Source: Squalus acanthias | Lineage: Eukaryota | Assembly (NCBI GenBank): GCA_030390025.1 | Contig: CM059432.1 | Location: forward strand, 149,794,001-149,858,000 | Length of the DNA: 64,000 bases | Direction of reading: 5' to 3' | Shown here: piece by piece, positions 23,780 through 35,595 of the stretch | How positions within the stretch are numbered: position 1 is the stretch's first letter | Layout: every line of letters starts with the position of its first letter | Position numbers and translations under genes: made by a program | Notes under the pieces: model-generated | Told to the model about the DNA's origin: nothing | What the model saw: the letters and a program-made list of their open reading frames with translations, nothing else | Databases searched by the model: none

Positions 23780-25045
23780 AACCAAAGGTATTAAGGGATG
23801 TGGGGCAAAGGCGGGTGGATGGAGTTAGCTCACAGATCAGCCATGATCTCATCGAATGGCAGAACAGGCTCGAGGGGCTCAATGGCCTCCGCCTGTTCCT
23901 CTGTCCCTATAGACAGAGTAAGTGGGCAAAATTATGGTGGCTGGAATTCAATGTGGGGAAGAGTGAGGTCATCAACTTTGGACCCAAGAAAGACAAATCA
24001 GAATAGCAAAGGAATTTGGTGGGCCTGGTAAACAAATCACTAAAAGCAAGTACAGAAAGTAAACAAAAAGGTTCATGGAATGTCCTCCTGTATCTCTAGA
24101 GGGCTGGAATACAACAACAACAACAACTTGTATTTATATAGCGCCTTTAACGTAGTAAAACGTCCCAAGGCGCTTCACAGGAGTATTTTAAGACAACAAA
24201 TTTGACACCGATCCACATAAGGATAAATTAGGGCAGGTGACCAAAAGCTTGGTCAAAGAGGTAGGTTTTAAGGAGCATCTTAAAGGAGGAAAGAGAGGTA
24301 GCGAGGCGGAGAGGGTTAGGGAGGGAATTCCAGCGCTTAGGGCCGAGGCAACAGAAGGCACGGCCACCAATGGTTGAGCGATTATAATCAAGGATGCTCA
24401 AGAGGGCAGAATTAGAGAAGCGCAGATATCTCGGGGGGTTGTGGGGCTGAAGGAGATTACAGAGATAGGAATACAAGGAGGAGGAAGTGATGCTTCTGTC
24501 GTGTAGAGCCTTGGTCAGACCCCATCTGGACACTGCATTTAGTTTTGGGCACCATAACCTCAGGAAGGATATATTTGCCTTTGAGGGTGCACAGTGCAGA
24601 TTCACCAGAATGATACCGGGGCTTAAAGGGTTAAATTATGAGGACAGGTTTCATAAACTTGGCTTGATTTCCCTTGAGTTTCAAAGGTTGTGGGTGATCT
24701 AATTGAGGTGCTTAAAATAATAAAGGGATTTGATAGAGTAGATAGACAGAAGCTATTTCCTTTGATGGAGGAATTCAGAACAAGTGGGCACAATCTTAAA
24801 ATTAGAGCCAGGCCATTCAGGAGTGATATCTGGAAGCACTTTTCATACAGAGTAGTGGAAATCTGGAAATCTCTCCGCCAAAAGCCTGTGGATGCTGGGT
24901 CAATTGAAATTTTCAAGACTGAGATTAATGGATTTTTGTTAGGTAAGGGTATCAAGGGATATGGATTAAAGGTGGGTAAATTGAGTTGAGGTGCAGATCA
25001 GCCGTGATCTGATTGAATGTTGGAGCAGGCTCAAGGGACTCAATG
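23780..25045 (+). mobile_element. CR1 fragments (tail 23780-23905; body 23910-25045 split by an L2)
   Basis: LEFNVGKSEVINFG; ALVRPHLD; GDLIEVLKIIKG; CR1 tail. Confidence 0.85.
24115..24467 (-). mobile_element. L2 LINE 3' end inserted in CR1
   Basis: (CAA)n tail; GGRAF..WNSLP..SSFKMLLKTYLFDQAF; flanked by GGAATACAA at 24106-24114 and 24468-24476. Confidence 0.9.
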
Positions 25046-25964
25046 AGCCTCGCGCAGTATCGAAGGAGAGAGTTTGTTAGAGGAAACATACCGCCTGAAG
25101 AAGATGAGATGCTCTCGTGCAGAGGTGTGACTGGGAAGACAACATTAAGCAGCTGTTCATTGTATTCAATTTACTTGACTTTGCAGATCTTTAAATTAAT
25201 ATTCAGATGAGTAAAACGATTAACATAGTAGAACTGAAACAGAAACGATTCTGGGGAGTGCCAGGTGGCGCAGGTTGCCCACACTTTGCCACAGGGAATA
25301 TTTGCAATATCAGCCAATCAGCAGTGTACAAGCAAGACTGCTGATATTGTTAGGAATGTGAATGAATTCAACACGCAGTCCAACGCTTGAAGATTTATTA
25401 AATGTTATGTTTATACTCACTGAGATTACAAAGCATTCTTTGCTGCAGAAGACATACACAATACAGACTGGTGAGTTCAACCCTCCAGATGGCTCCCTTC
25501 TACAGCTTCCTCAACTCACAGTGCAATGGTCTTGCTTTTAAGCTTAGCTAATAGGCCATTATATCACCTCCTCCATGACCCTTCGCCCACTCTCAATCTC
25601 CATTCTTATGGTCTCGAGTTGTACAGAAAAATCTTGGTGTTTTAGGGTCAACATGGCACAAAAGGATCCATTCTACCAAAACAATGTTACTGAATGTCCA
25701 GTTTGGAGTGATGAAGCAAATCCAAATGTAAACATATGCAAGCATGGCCTTCGAGACTGCTAACCTTTGGCACACACACACTGTCAGTCTTTCAATTTTA
25801 GGTTTAACTACAGAACTTAATATAAACATAGGAATTGCTAGACAAAAAAAGTCGAAGGTCCATCTAGCTCGCCTTCTACCATGCTGGTAGTCACATGATA
25901 CACCGATAATGGAGTTGTTGAGTAATCACAGCAATCAGACTCCGAAACGTCATACATTGACGTT

Positions 25965-26140
25965 CTCTGTAACCAGCTTTCCCTTAATTGGCCTGCTAAA
26001 CCCACTGGTTGGGCTTAACAAAGTCAATCAAGGGAAAATAGCGTGGGTTGGCCACAAATCGATGGAGGCGGGACATCGACCCGCCAAGCAGCAGTCCCGC
26101 CTCCAACGCGCCCCCATTGGCAAAACCACCCCCGATTGAT
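25965..26140. mobile_element. MITE remnant related to 42107-42948
   Basis: cccttaattggcctgct..tcaatcaag..gggttggccacaa matches the reverse complement of 42170-42260. Confidence 0.65.
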
Positions 26141-26317
26141 CCAAAGACACCCGTTCCTCCCAAGCATGCTATACTTACCATATGTCATGCCTCAAATAAC
26201 TCATATATTATATCCCAAAATCTTATATTCTGAAATATAAACTAAATGTAATATATACTATAGAATATAAGTAATTATTTTGTGTAAAATGGATTTCTTA
26301 ACTATTTCTCAATCTTA

Positions 26318-28304
26318 GGGCTAAAATTTCGATTAGGTACAAAAACGGGTGGGGTATCGCGATGCGCGATTGGCCCGTGCCCGTTCAAAGTAATGCAGGC
26401 AACACACGACCTTCGTCATGCTTGCTAATTACCATGACTGCTGTGATCAGCCCAGTGCTGAGCCTGCTGCTGAGTGGCTGAGCACCCGGCAGGCGGTCGA
26501 AGTTCATGCGAGGCGAGCTCTATTTAAAGCTAGCCTCCACATCTTAAAGGCAGTCTGCACCTCTTAAAGGTGAGGTGCATTCTGCATTCAGCAGCTGCTG
26601 GAACTGCTTGTGAAGGCAACTCTGAATGAAGGATGGCTCAACAGGGCAGAGAAAGGGCAACAAGGTTCTAGGATGCAGCACTAGAGGCCTTAGTGCAGGG
26701 GGTAGAAAGGAGGAGACAGGTCCTCTACCCGCAGGGGGCCAGGAGGCACTCAAGACACACAGTGAGAAGGCAGTGGGAGCAGATAGCTGAAGCAGTCACT
26801 GCCAGCAGTCTTGCCCCGAGGACCTGGATCCATTGTCGAAAGAAGTGTCGCAAAAGGATATAGATAGGTTCAGTGAGTGGGCAAAAATTTGGCAGATGGA
26901 GGATAATGTGAGAAAATGTGAGGTTATCCACTTTGGTAGGAAAAATAAAAAAGCAAATTATTATTTAAATGGGGAGAGACCACAAAATGCTATGGTTGAA
27001 AGGTTGAGCAGGTTGGGCCTATACTCATTGGAGTTTAGAAGAATGATAGGTGATTTTATTGAAACATATAAGATTCTGAAGGGGCTTGACAAGGTAGATG
27101 CTGAGAGGTTGTTTCCCCTCGTGGGGGAATCTAGAACTAGGGGGCATAGTTTCAGGATAAGGGGTCGCCCATTTAAGACGGCGATGAGGAGGAATTTCTT
27201 CTCTCAGAGGGTCGTGAATCTTTGGAATTCTCTTCCCCAGAGAGCTGTGGAGGCGGAGTCATTGAATATATTCAAGGCTGAGATAGACAGATATTTGAGC
27301 TACAGGGGAGTCAAGGGTTATGGGGAGCGGGCGGGAAAGTGCCGTTGAGGCCAAGATCAGATCAGCCATAATCATATTGAATGGCAGAGCAGCCTCGAGG
27401 GGCCGAATGGCCGACTCCTGCTCCTATTTCTTATGTTCTTATGTAAATTCGATGACCTCACAATGAACTGTGAGATGTTTGCTATGTCGCCTGTTCCAGC
27501 CTGGAAGGATCCACTGGCAAAAATTTCAGGGCCACGGTCACCTTGAGGACCACTGGCAGCACCATCGTGGCCCTGCTCTGAGGCTGCATGTCTGGTTCCA
27601 AGAGGTGGCAGAGTTCTGTGACCACCTCCTTGGTGAAGCGGAGCCGCCGAACACACTGCTCCTGGCTTAGGTGCAGGTAGGAGAAGTGCTCCCTGAAGAC
27701 CCTAGGTGGGTAAGGCCTCCTGCTGAGAGCCCTCCTCCTCCCCCTCTTCCTCCCTCTGTGAGCAGCTTGTCTTTGCTGCCTTTGCTCCATCTCCCTGTCA
27801 TGCTGCAGCGCGAGGGGGACTGCAACTAGAGCCCCCATGACTGGGAGCAAGTGGTGAACTCAGAGACCTTCCAGTAGCAGCCAACACCTTCCCAACATCC
27901 AGCAGCAATCCCTGCACACTGTAACAACCTTTTAAATCTCTTACAGAAACCCAGCACTCCTACAAACTCTGCAAGAGCCAGTACAAAAGCAACAATCAAC
28001 TTACCTGGAAGTGGGATGTATCCTTTAAGTAGCGCTGGTGGGGATCCCTCGTGCAGCTGAGCGCGTGTTCAGCTGCGCGTGCTTAGGAGAGGGCGTTGAA
28101 TGAAGCGCAACGTCGAAACTGGCAGGTCGTGCGTCAAATCAGCGTTACACCCGACGTACGCACGTACCGCCCGCGCTATCACCCTCACCAAGACGGCGAA
28201 CATCGCAGGCTGCGCCGGAAGTCAGCGGAAGCGAGGTGGACGCCATTTTCTATTAAACAAAACCGGCCAGAAGTGCCGGCGCTACGGAGATGAATTTTGC
28301 GGCC
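26318..28304. mobile_element. Harbinger transposon, internally deleted, with nested CR1
   Basis: TSD TTA on both sides; ends gggctaaaatt / gaattttgcggcc; Myb exon 1 from ATG 26633 (RERATRF*DAALEALV..RTWIHCRKK) and transposase N-terminus on - strand (27850-27460). Confidence 0.9.
26848..27443 (+). mobile_element. CR1 3' fragment inserted in Harbinger Myb exon
   Basis: WAKIWQM..KCEVIHFG..SRTRGHS..WNSLP; tail atttcttatgttcttatg; internal deletion ~26995. Confidence 0.92.
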
Positions 28305-28954
28305 TTAATCTCTAACAATATGAAAGTGTGCAAAGGTGTTTCAGTCCAGTTCTAAGTGGCTGTGCGCCAACTGGTACCAAATTAGTGATCTCCCTCCAGG
28401 AGCACCATAAGGACGGCTCGTGTAGTGAATGGAGATTTTACATTGTTGCCAATGGGGGAGCTCTTCTGGAAATTAGTGTAGAATTTCAGCTCCAGTCGCA
28501 CAACTTGCTAGGAGAGCTTTAATGTGGGTTCACTGTCTTATTGCACAGATGGTGCTAGAGGTACATTTACACATGCAATCTGATGCAAATAAACTCATGT
28601 ATTAACTCGGTGCTAACACCTGATTCATGCAGTGCATTTATCCTCCCCATATAACCTGGAATTAAAGGCCAGTCACGTGCTGCTCTTTCAGGAAGTATCT
28701 TTTTAAAGGGGTGCTCCTCCATCCTGAGTTTTTGATAAGCAAAGAAGGGATGTATGAAGGGGTTGCCAGTGAGGTTTGTCTGCACAGGAGATGTTCGGCC
28801 CTCACCTGCCGTTATCCACTGTTTGCAGACCTAGGCGCAGCTACCAAGGACAATCACAAGAGAACTGCCTTTGCAAACTAAGATACACTGGGGAGGCAGT
28901 ACCATCTGCTGCAAGCTGATCTGAGGACTATCTCAACCACAGGAACTACATTGT

Positions 28955-29055
28955 CAACATCATTGTCAGGGGAGTGGGACTAGCTGAGAGTCGGCAAGGG
29001 CTTGACGGGCCGAATGGCCGCCTTCTGTGCTGCAACCATTCTATGATTCTATCAT
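28955..29055 (+). mobile_element. CR1 tail fragment
   Basis: gggccgaatggccgccttctgtgctgcaaccattctatgattctat. Confidence 0.75.
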
Positions 29056-29073
29056 AAGGTATGGCACAGTATA

Positions 29074-29221
29074 GGGGATGGTAGCATAGTGGTTATGTTA
29101 CTGGGCTAGTAATCCAGAGGTGTGGACTAATAATCCAGCAGTTCAAATCCCACCATGGCAATTTGTGAATTTGCATTCAGTTAATTAAATAAAATTGGAA
29201 TAAAAAGCTAGTATCAGTAAT
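29074..29221 (+). mobile_element. tRNA-derived SINE head
   Basis: A box TAGCATAGTGG (29082-29092), B box GTTCAAATCCC (29141-29151). Confidence 0.75.
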
Positions 29222-31895
29222 GAATCATACCTATCAACATCCCAAACTCCTCCATCACCATTCCTGGGTATGTCCTGTCCCACCAGCAAGACAGACCCAC
29301 CAGAGGTGGCGGCAGTGGTATACAGTTGGGAGGGAGTGACCCTGGGAGTCCTCAACATTGACTTCGGACCCCACGAAGTCTCATGGCACCTGTCAAACAT
29401 GGGCAAGGAAACCTCCTGCCCTCCCTCAGCTGATGAATCAGTACTTCTCCATGGAAGAAGCACTGAGGGTAGCAAGGGCACTGAATGTACTCTGGGTGGG
29501 GGACTTCAATGTCAATCACCAAGCGTGGCTCAGTAGCACCACTACTGACCAAGCTGGCCGAGTCCTGAAGGACATAACTGCCAGTCTGGACCTGCCGAAG
29601 ATGGTGATAGAACCAACACGAGGGAAATCCTACTTGTCGCAGATGCATCCATAACAGTATTGGTAGGAGTGAACACTGCACAGTCCTTGAGGAGACGAAG
29701 TCCCATCTTTACACTGAGGACACTCTCCATCGTGTTGTGTGGCACTACCACCGTGCTAAATGGGTTAGATTCAGAACAGATCTAGCAGCTCAAAACTGGG
29801 CATCCATGAGGTGCTGTGGGCCATCCGCAGCAGCAGAATTGTATTCCACCACAATCTGTAACCTCATAGCCCGGCATATCCCTCACTCTACCATTACCAT
29901 TCAGCCAGGCGACCGACCCTAATTCAATGAGGAGTGTAGAAGAGCATGCCAGGAGCAGCACTAGGCGTACCTGAAAACAAAGTGCCAACCTGGTGAAGTT
30001 ACAACACAGGACTACATACATGCTCAACAGCGGAAGCAACATGCCATAGACAGAACTAAGCGATCCCGCAATCAACGGATCAGATCAAAGCTCTGCAGTC
30101 CTGCCACATCCAGTCGTGAATGGTGGTGGACCATTAAACAACTAACTGAAGGAGGAGGCTCCATGAACATCCCCAACATCAATGATGGCGGAGCCCAGCA
30201 CATAAGTGCAAAAGACAAAGCTGAAGCGTTCGCAACCATCTTCAGCCAGAAGTGCCGAGTGGATGATCCATATCGGCCTCCTCCTGAGGACACCACCATC
30301 ACAGATGCCAATTAGATTTACTCCATGTGATATCAAGAAATGGCTGAGCACACCGGATACAGCAAAGGCTATGGGCCCCGACAACACCCTGGCTGTAGTG
30401 CTGAAGACTTGTGCTGCAGAACTAGCCGTGCCTCTAGCCAAGCTGTTCCAGTACAGCTACAACACTGGCATCTACCCAACAAAGTGGAAAATTGCCCAGG
30501 TATGTCCTGTCCACAAAATGCAGAACAAATCCAATCCAGCCAATTGCCACCCCATCAGCCTACTCTGAATCATCAGTAAAGTGATGGAAAGTTTTATCAA
30601 CAGTGCTATCAAGCAGAAATGACTCACCAATAACCTGCTCACTGGTGCTCAGTTTGGGTTCCGCCAGGACCACTTGGCTCCCGACCTCATTACAGCCTTG
30701 GTCTAAATATGGACCAAAGAGCTGAATTCCAGAGGTGAGTTGAGAGTGACTGCCCTGGACATCAAAGCAGCATTTGACTGAGTGTGACACCAAGGATCCT
30801 TAGTAAAATTGAAATCAATGTGGATCAGGAAAAACTCTACATTGGCTGGAGTCATACCTAGCACAAAGGAAGATGGTTGTGGTTGTTGGAGGTCAATCAT
30901 CTCAGCCCCAGGACATCACTGCAGGAGTTCCTCAGGGCAGTGTACTAGGCCCAACCATCTTCAGCTGCTTCGTCAATGATCTTCCCTCCATCATAAGGTC
31001 AGAAGTAGGGATGTTTGCTGATGATCACACAGTGTTCAGTTCCATTAGCAATTCCTCAGATAACAAAGCAATGCATGCCCGCATGCAGCAAGACCTGGAC
31101 AGCATCCTGATAAGTAGCAAGTAACATTCATGCCACACTAGTGCCAGGCAATGAACATCTTCAACAAGAGAGAGTCTAACCACCTCCCCTTGATGTTCAA
31201 CGGCATTACTGTTGTCAAATTCCTCACCATCACCAACCTGGGAGTCATTGACCAGAAATTTAATTGGACCAGCCACATAAATACTGTGGAAACAAGAGCA
31301 GGTCAGAGGCTGGGTATTCTGCGGCAAGTGACTCACCTCCTAACTCCCCAAGGCCTTTCCACCACCTACAAGGTACAAGTCAGGAGTGGGATGGAATACT
31401 CTCCACTTGCCTGGATGAGTGCAGCTTCAACAACACTCAAGAAGCTCGACACCATCCGGGACAAAGCAGCCCGCTTGATTGGCACCCCATCCACCACCTT
31501 AAACATTCACTCCCTCCACCACCGGCGTACCGTGGCTGCAGTGTGTACCATCGACAAGATGCACTGCAGCAACTCGCCAAGGCTTCTTCAACAGCACCTC
31601 CCAAACCCACGACCTCTACTGCCTAGAAGGACATGGGCAGCAGGTACATGGGAACACCATCACCTCTAAGTTCCCCTCCAAGTCACACGCCATCCTGACT
31701 TGGAAGTATATCGCCGATCCTTCATCATCGTTGGGTCAAAATCCTGGAACTCCCTCCCTAACAGCACTGTGGGAGCACCTTCACCACACGGACTGCAGCG
31801 GTTCAAGAAGGTGGCTCACCACCACCTTCTCAAGGGCAGCTAGGGACGGGCAATAAATGCCGGCCTTGCCAGTGACGCCCACATCTCATGAATGT
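29222..31895 (+). mobile_element. family A LINE (CR1/Jockey group), most of ORF2 (endonuclease + RT) and 3' tail, many stops/frameshifts
   Basis: EN motifs (TIPGY, VGDFN), KAMGPDN, WKIAQVCPVHK, GVPQGSVLGP, FADD; tail gggcaataaatgcc..catgaat. Confidence 0.93.
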
Positions 31896-31899
31896 ATAA

Positions 31900-32620
31900 A
31901 TATAATTTTTTAAAACTGGCCTCAACCTCTCTGTCTCAGGCTCCTCATAGGCTGCCACAGGGAGAATTTGCGACATCAGTAAATCAACAGTGCACAAGCA
32001 TGTCAGTGATGCCTTGGTCACTTTCCCCAGAGCAAAGCAACAGCAGAATGACCGAGATATGTAATGCTTTCATCTTGCATCCCGGTTGCATCACATCCAG
32101 GTTGTTATGCAGGTACCGATGTGGCCAGCAGGGCCCTAGACACAACCCCACAGCATCCATGAACCACAAGTGATTCCATCATTGTCCAGGGGGACACTAA
32201 CCAAGAAGCAAGCAATTTCCACTTCCCAGGCAGCAGTCACATTGGGGTGAATTTTCACAGGGGTTGTCCCAATTGTCCACCAGAGCTGCTGCATCAGCTC
32301 ACCTTAGCTCATTCCTTCCACTCCTCAAACTTGTTGCACATTTGATGCCAGCCTCTAGGTGCTGACATTGAATTGCCACATTCCACCCCTTCCTGCTGGG
32401 CTTGCTTCCCTGTGGGAAGGGTGTCTTGGAGTACCAAACAGAGCAACCCTCCTTTCCTCCACTTCTTTAAGCAACACCTCTATCACAGCATGCCTTAAAT
32501 CTGAGGCTGTGTTTTGACGTTACTCTATAATAGTTGTACACAGAGTCCCTTTAAATGGCTGCTGCAGCCCTTTAAATAGATACTGCCACTGAATCAGTGA
32601 GCTCACTCTGATTGGTGGTC
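31900..32620. mobile_element. heavily decayed Harbinger remnant
   Basis: 31915-32240 resembles transposase (SGS..AATG.ICDIS; FPGSSH); 32300-32580 resembles Myb exon 1 on - strand with ccctttaaat boxes. Confidence 0.55.
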
Positions 32621-32745
32621 TCCCCACTGAAAGCTCACACTGAACAATTAATAGCCATGATGTGGAGATGCCGGTGTTGGACTGGGGTGGACAAATGTGA
32701 GAAGTTGCACAACACCAGGTTATAGTCCAACAGTTTTATTTGAAA

Positions 32746-32782
32746 TCACAAGCTTTCGGAGCGCTGCTCCTTCGTCAGGTGA
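32746..32782 (-). ncRNA. second hammerhead core on the opposite strand (short stem I)
   Basis: Minus strand reads tcac CTGACGA a GGAGC agc GCTCC GAAA gctt gtga. Confidence 0.6.
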
Positions 32783-32826
32783 AGTCACCTGACGAAGGAG
32801 CAGCGCTCCGAAAGCTTGTGATTTCA
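32780..32826 (+). ncRNA. minimal type I hammerhead ribozyme motif
   Basis: Stem I TGAAGTCAC/GTGATTTCA; core CTGACGA; stem II GGAGC-agc-GCTCC; GAAA; palindromic AGCT in place of stem III; predicted cut after 32817. Confidence 0.8.
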
Positions 32827-33494
32827 AATAAAACTGTTGGACTATAACCTGGTGTTGTGCGACTTCTCACATTTGAACAATTAATGTTGGGGGAAACCAA
32901 ACATTTAGAGCAGGAATGGCTGTACGTAACTCAGAGGGGTACAGAGTCTGCAACACATTGCTCCCAACACCAGCATGTTGCCAATAGAAAATCCAGTTGT
33001 TTTGCACAGAAATGGAACATTATTCTGCAGCTGGCTGTGCTGTGCCTGATGGGGAAATGGGATAGTATTGAATTCCCTGCTAAAATCTCATGCCTGTGGA
33101 GAGCAAAAGATATTTTTGAAAAGGGTTGTTATGAAAAGTAGGATTTACAGATAATGGATTGTGTAAAATAAGCTATTGATTTAGTTCTTCAGTATAAGTG
33201 CTTGTGAAATGAGAGCTAAAGCTGCCAGATATATTTTTTCCCCTAATCCATTCAGCAATCTAAACAAATACTAATACTGTAATGTCATCACCGGCAATCA
33301 GACTTGGCCAAGATCCACATCCACTTCACATTCTCTCATATTCAGACATCTGCCACTGCCAGTCAACTGCTTTATCTGCCATTTTTCCCAACCATTTAAT
33401 CTTGCCTAGGTCCCCTTTCATACCACGGAAATTAGCCTTGCAACAGCCACGTCAGTACAGTTCAGCACAGCGGGACAAGTTACAGAAGATAGGA

Positions 33495-33595
33495 CACTAC
33501 AACAATGACTACACTTCAAAAGTACTTCATTGGCTGTGAAGCACTTTAGGATGTTCAGAGGTCGTGACAAGCGCTATATAAATGCAAGTTCCTTC
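33495..33595 (+). mobile_element. Deu-type SINE 3' tail
   Basis: cttcaaaagtacttcattggctgtgaagcac..gcgctatataaatgcaagt. Confidence 0.75.
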
Positions 33596-34032
33596 TCTTT
33601 TTATCGGACCGCCGATCACCAGAACCTTTCCGAGTTAATGGTTTAGGTAGCTGTGCACTGAGTTCCCAAAATAGGGAGTGTTTCATTCCCCAGCACTGAT
33701 ATCCCTTGCCTTCAGATCACACAAAAAGCCAATAAGATTGATGTAGTTTGATCTGCATTGAGAACTAAGGGTAGGCAACTAATGGAAAAATAAGACCTTT
33801 CCCATCTTCGAATTGATCTATTTTCAATTCCCTGGTACGGTGCTCACAAACAGCTCTCACTGTTATGCAAGCGTGCTTTATCATACTTTGCAGCAAAAAT
33901 CACTTTCCTTTCATTAATGATTGTTAATTCCATTGAGCATTTGGCATCAGAGTTGTGTAATTGTCAGGCCAACCTCAATCGCTAATGCTACAAAGGGCTG
34001 TGGCATCTGAGGATTTGTACTGGCCTGTCGTA

Positions 34033-34264
34033 CATAATGGGGCATGAAGCTGGCCTCACACCATAATGGGGCATGAAGCTGGCCTCACATCATAATGGGG
34101 CATGAAGCTGGCCTCACACCATAATGGGGCACGAAGCTGGCCTCACATCATAATGGGGCATGAAGCTGGCCTCACACCATAATGGGGCATGAAGCTGGCC
34201 TCACATCATAATGGGGCATGAAGCTGGCCTCACATCATAATGGGGCATGAAGCTGGCCTCACGT
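34033..34264. repeat. minisatellite 8 x 29 bp (cataatggggcatgaagctggcctcacay)
   Basis: Near-identical abutting copies with no spacers. Confidence 0.97.
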
Positions 34265-34977
34265 CATACTGCCAGGCCAGCTAAAAATAAATATTCGCAT
34301 CCCGATGCCTAGTTGATCTCAGGGCAAGGGGTATGTTCTCAGATGACAGCACCTGGTAAAGGGCTGTTGGTCACCCTTGACGCGGAACAACATTTCAAAA
34401 GCTAACGAAGGTGCAGAAGAAGATGGGATGTAGCTTTAAGAAGCTTTGAATAAATGATAATGTTGCAAAGCATCTGAACAGATTCATATATTAAGGAGTG
34501 AACAGTAGAATATCAAAGAACCACAGATATAGCTGCAAACAAACAACAGCGACTGTCAGCAAGTGCCTCTCGTGGAATGATGGACCAAAGCACCCAACAT
34601 ATTGAATGGGGCTTCCCTTCAGCCCCTGCTATACATGCTCCAAGTGCATTATGAGACACTCCCTAATTTAAATAAAATACAAGGCCGTATCAAACCTAGC
34701 ACACAATACGTGGGCATGCTCAGAACATCATAGGACCTTCGGGGGAGGGGAGATGAACATTTTATAGCGTGATACACACACTGGGTGCTTGTGTAAGGCT
34801 CAGACTTTAGCACCCCATAATGCTCATAGTGCTAGATGAGCGTTGCATTATCGGCCCATTGTGAAATAGAATCCTCACTCTCTGCTTTCTGCACCAACTC
34901 GATCGTGCTCGCTGCACTGTTGGTCTCTGTGATGGGGATCCTCGACTGTGTTTGAAAGTGCAGCATTTATCTCATCA

Positions 34978-35298
34978 GAAGATGTACTGCAGCAACTCGC
35001 CAAACCTCCTTCGGCAGCACCTCCCAAATTCGTGACCTCTTCCACTGAGCAGGACAAGGCAGCAGACGCACCAAGTCACACATCATCCTGACTTGGAAGT
35101 ATATCGCCGATCCTTCATCGTCGCTGGGTCAAAATCCTGGAACTCCCTCCCTAACAGCACTGTGGGAGCACCTTCACCACACGGACTGCAGCGGTTCAAG
35201 AAGGCGGCTCACCACCACCTTCTCAAGGGCAATTAGGGATGGGCAATAAATGCTGGCCTTGCCAGCGACGCCCACATCCCAGGAACGAATAAAAAAAC
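34978..35298 (+). mobile_element. family A LINE 3' end
   Basis: Matches 31555-31895 including the tail. Confidence 0.9.
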
Positions 35299-35394
35299 CA
35301 CATAGCCTGGGGCTCAGCACAAGATCTCCCCCACCCCGCCCAACACCGCAACACCCATCATAAAGGACAACAACCTCGACCAACATATGTACCA

Positions 35395-35595
35395 AAGTGA
35401 GAAGTCACACAACACCAGGTTATAGTCCAACAGTTTTATTTGAAATCGCAAGCTTTCGGAGCGCTGCTCCTTCTTCAGGTCAGCAGCCGCTCCGAAAGCT
35501 TGTGATTTCAAATAAAACTGTTGGACTATAACCTGGTGTTGTGCGACTTCTCACTTTTGTCCACCCCAGTCCAACACCGGCATCTCCGCATCATG
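35395..35595. mobile_element. second Penelope-like foldback insertion (opposite orientation)
   Basis: Same repeat as 32653-32875; 13-bp TSD AACATATGTACCA at 35382-35394 and 35596-35608; hammerhead core CTGAAGA..GAAA on - strand (35445-35480). Confidence 0.87.

Larger units (their letters stand above)
32653..32875. mobile_element. Penelope-like element terminal-repeat foldback insertion
   Basis: 91-bp inverted arms 32692-32782 / 32785-32875 (1 mismatch) plus ~38-nt unpaired tail; TGAACAATTAAT repeated at 32641-32652 and 32874-32885. Confidence 0.85.

Noticed and set aside
29074..29160. tRNA gene
   Set aside because: A/B boxes only; no convincing cloverleaf; continues into repeat sequence, so it is a SINE head. 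The same applies at 39030 and 59700.
32692..32875. Palindrome as an assembly or read fold-back artefact
   Set aside because: The arms differ at one base, the unit has flanking direct repeats, and an independent copy with the same architecture occurs at 35395.
34033..34264. 29-bp repeats resembling a CRISPR array
   Set aside because: Units abut with no unique spacers, there are no cas genes, and the context is eukaryotic; it is a minisatellite.
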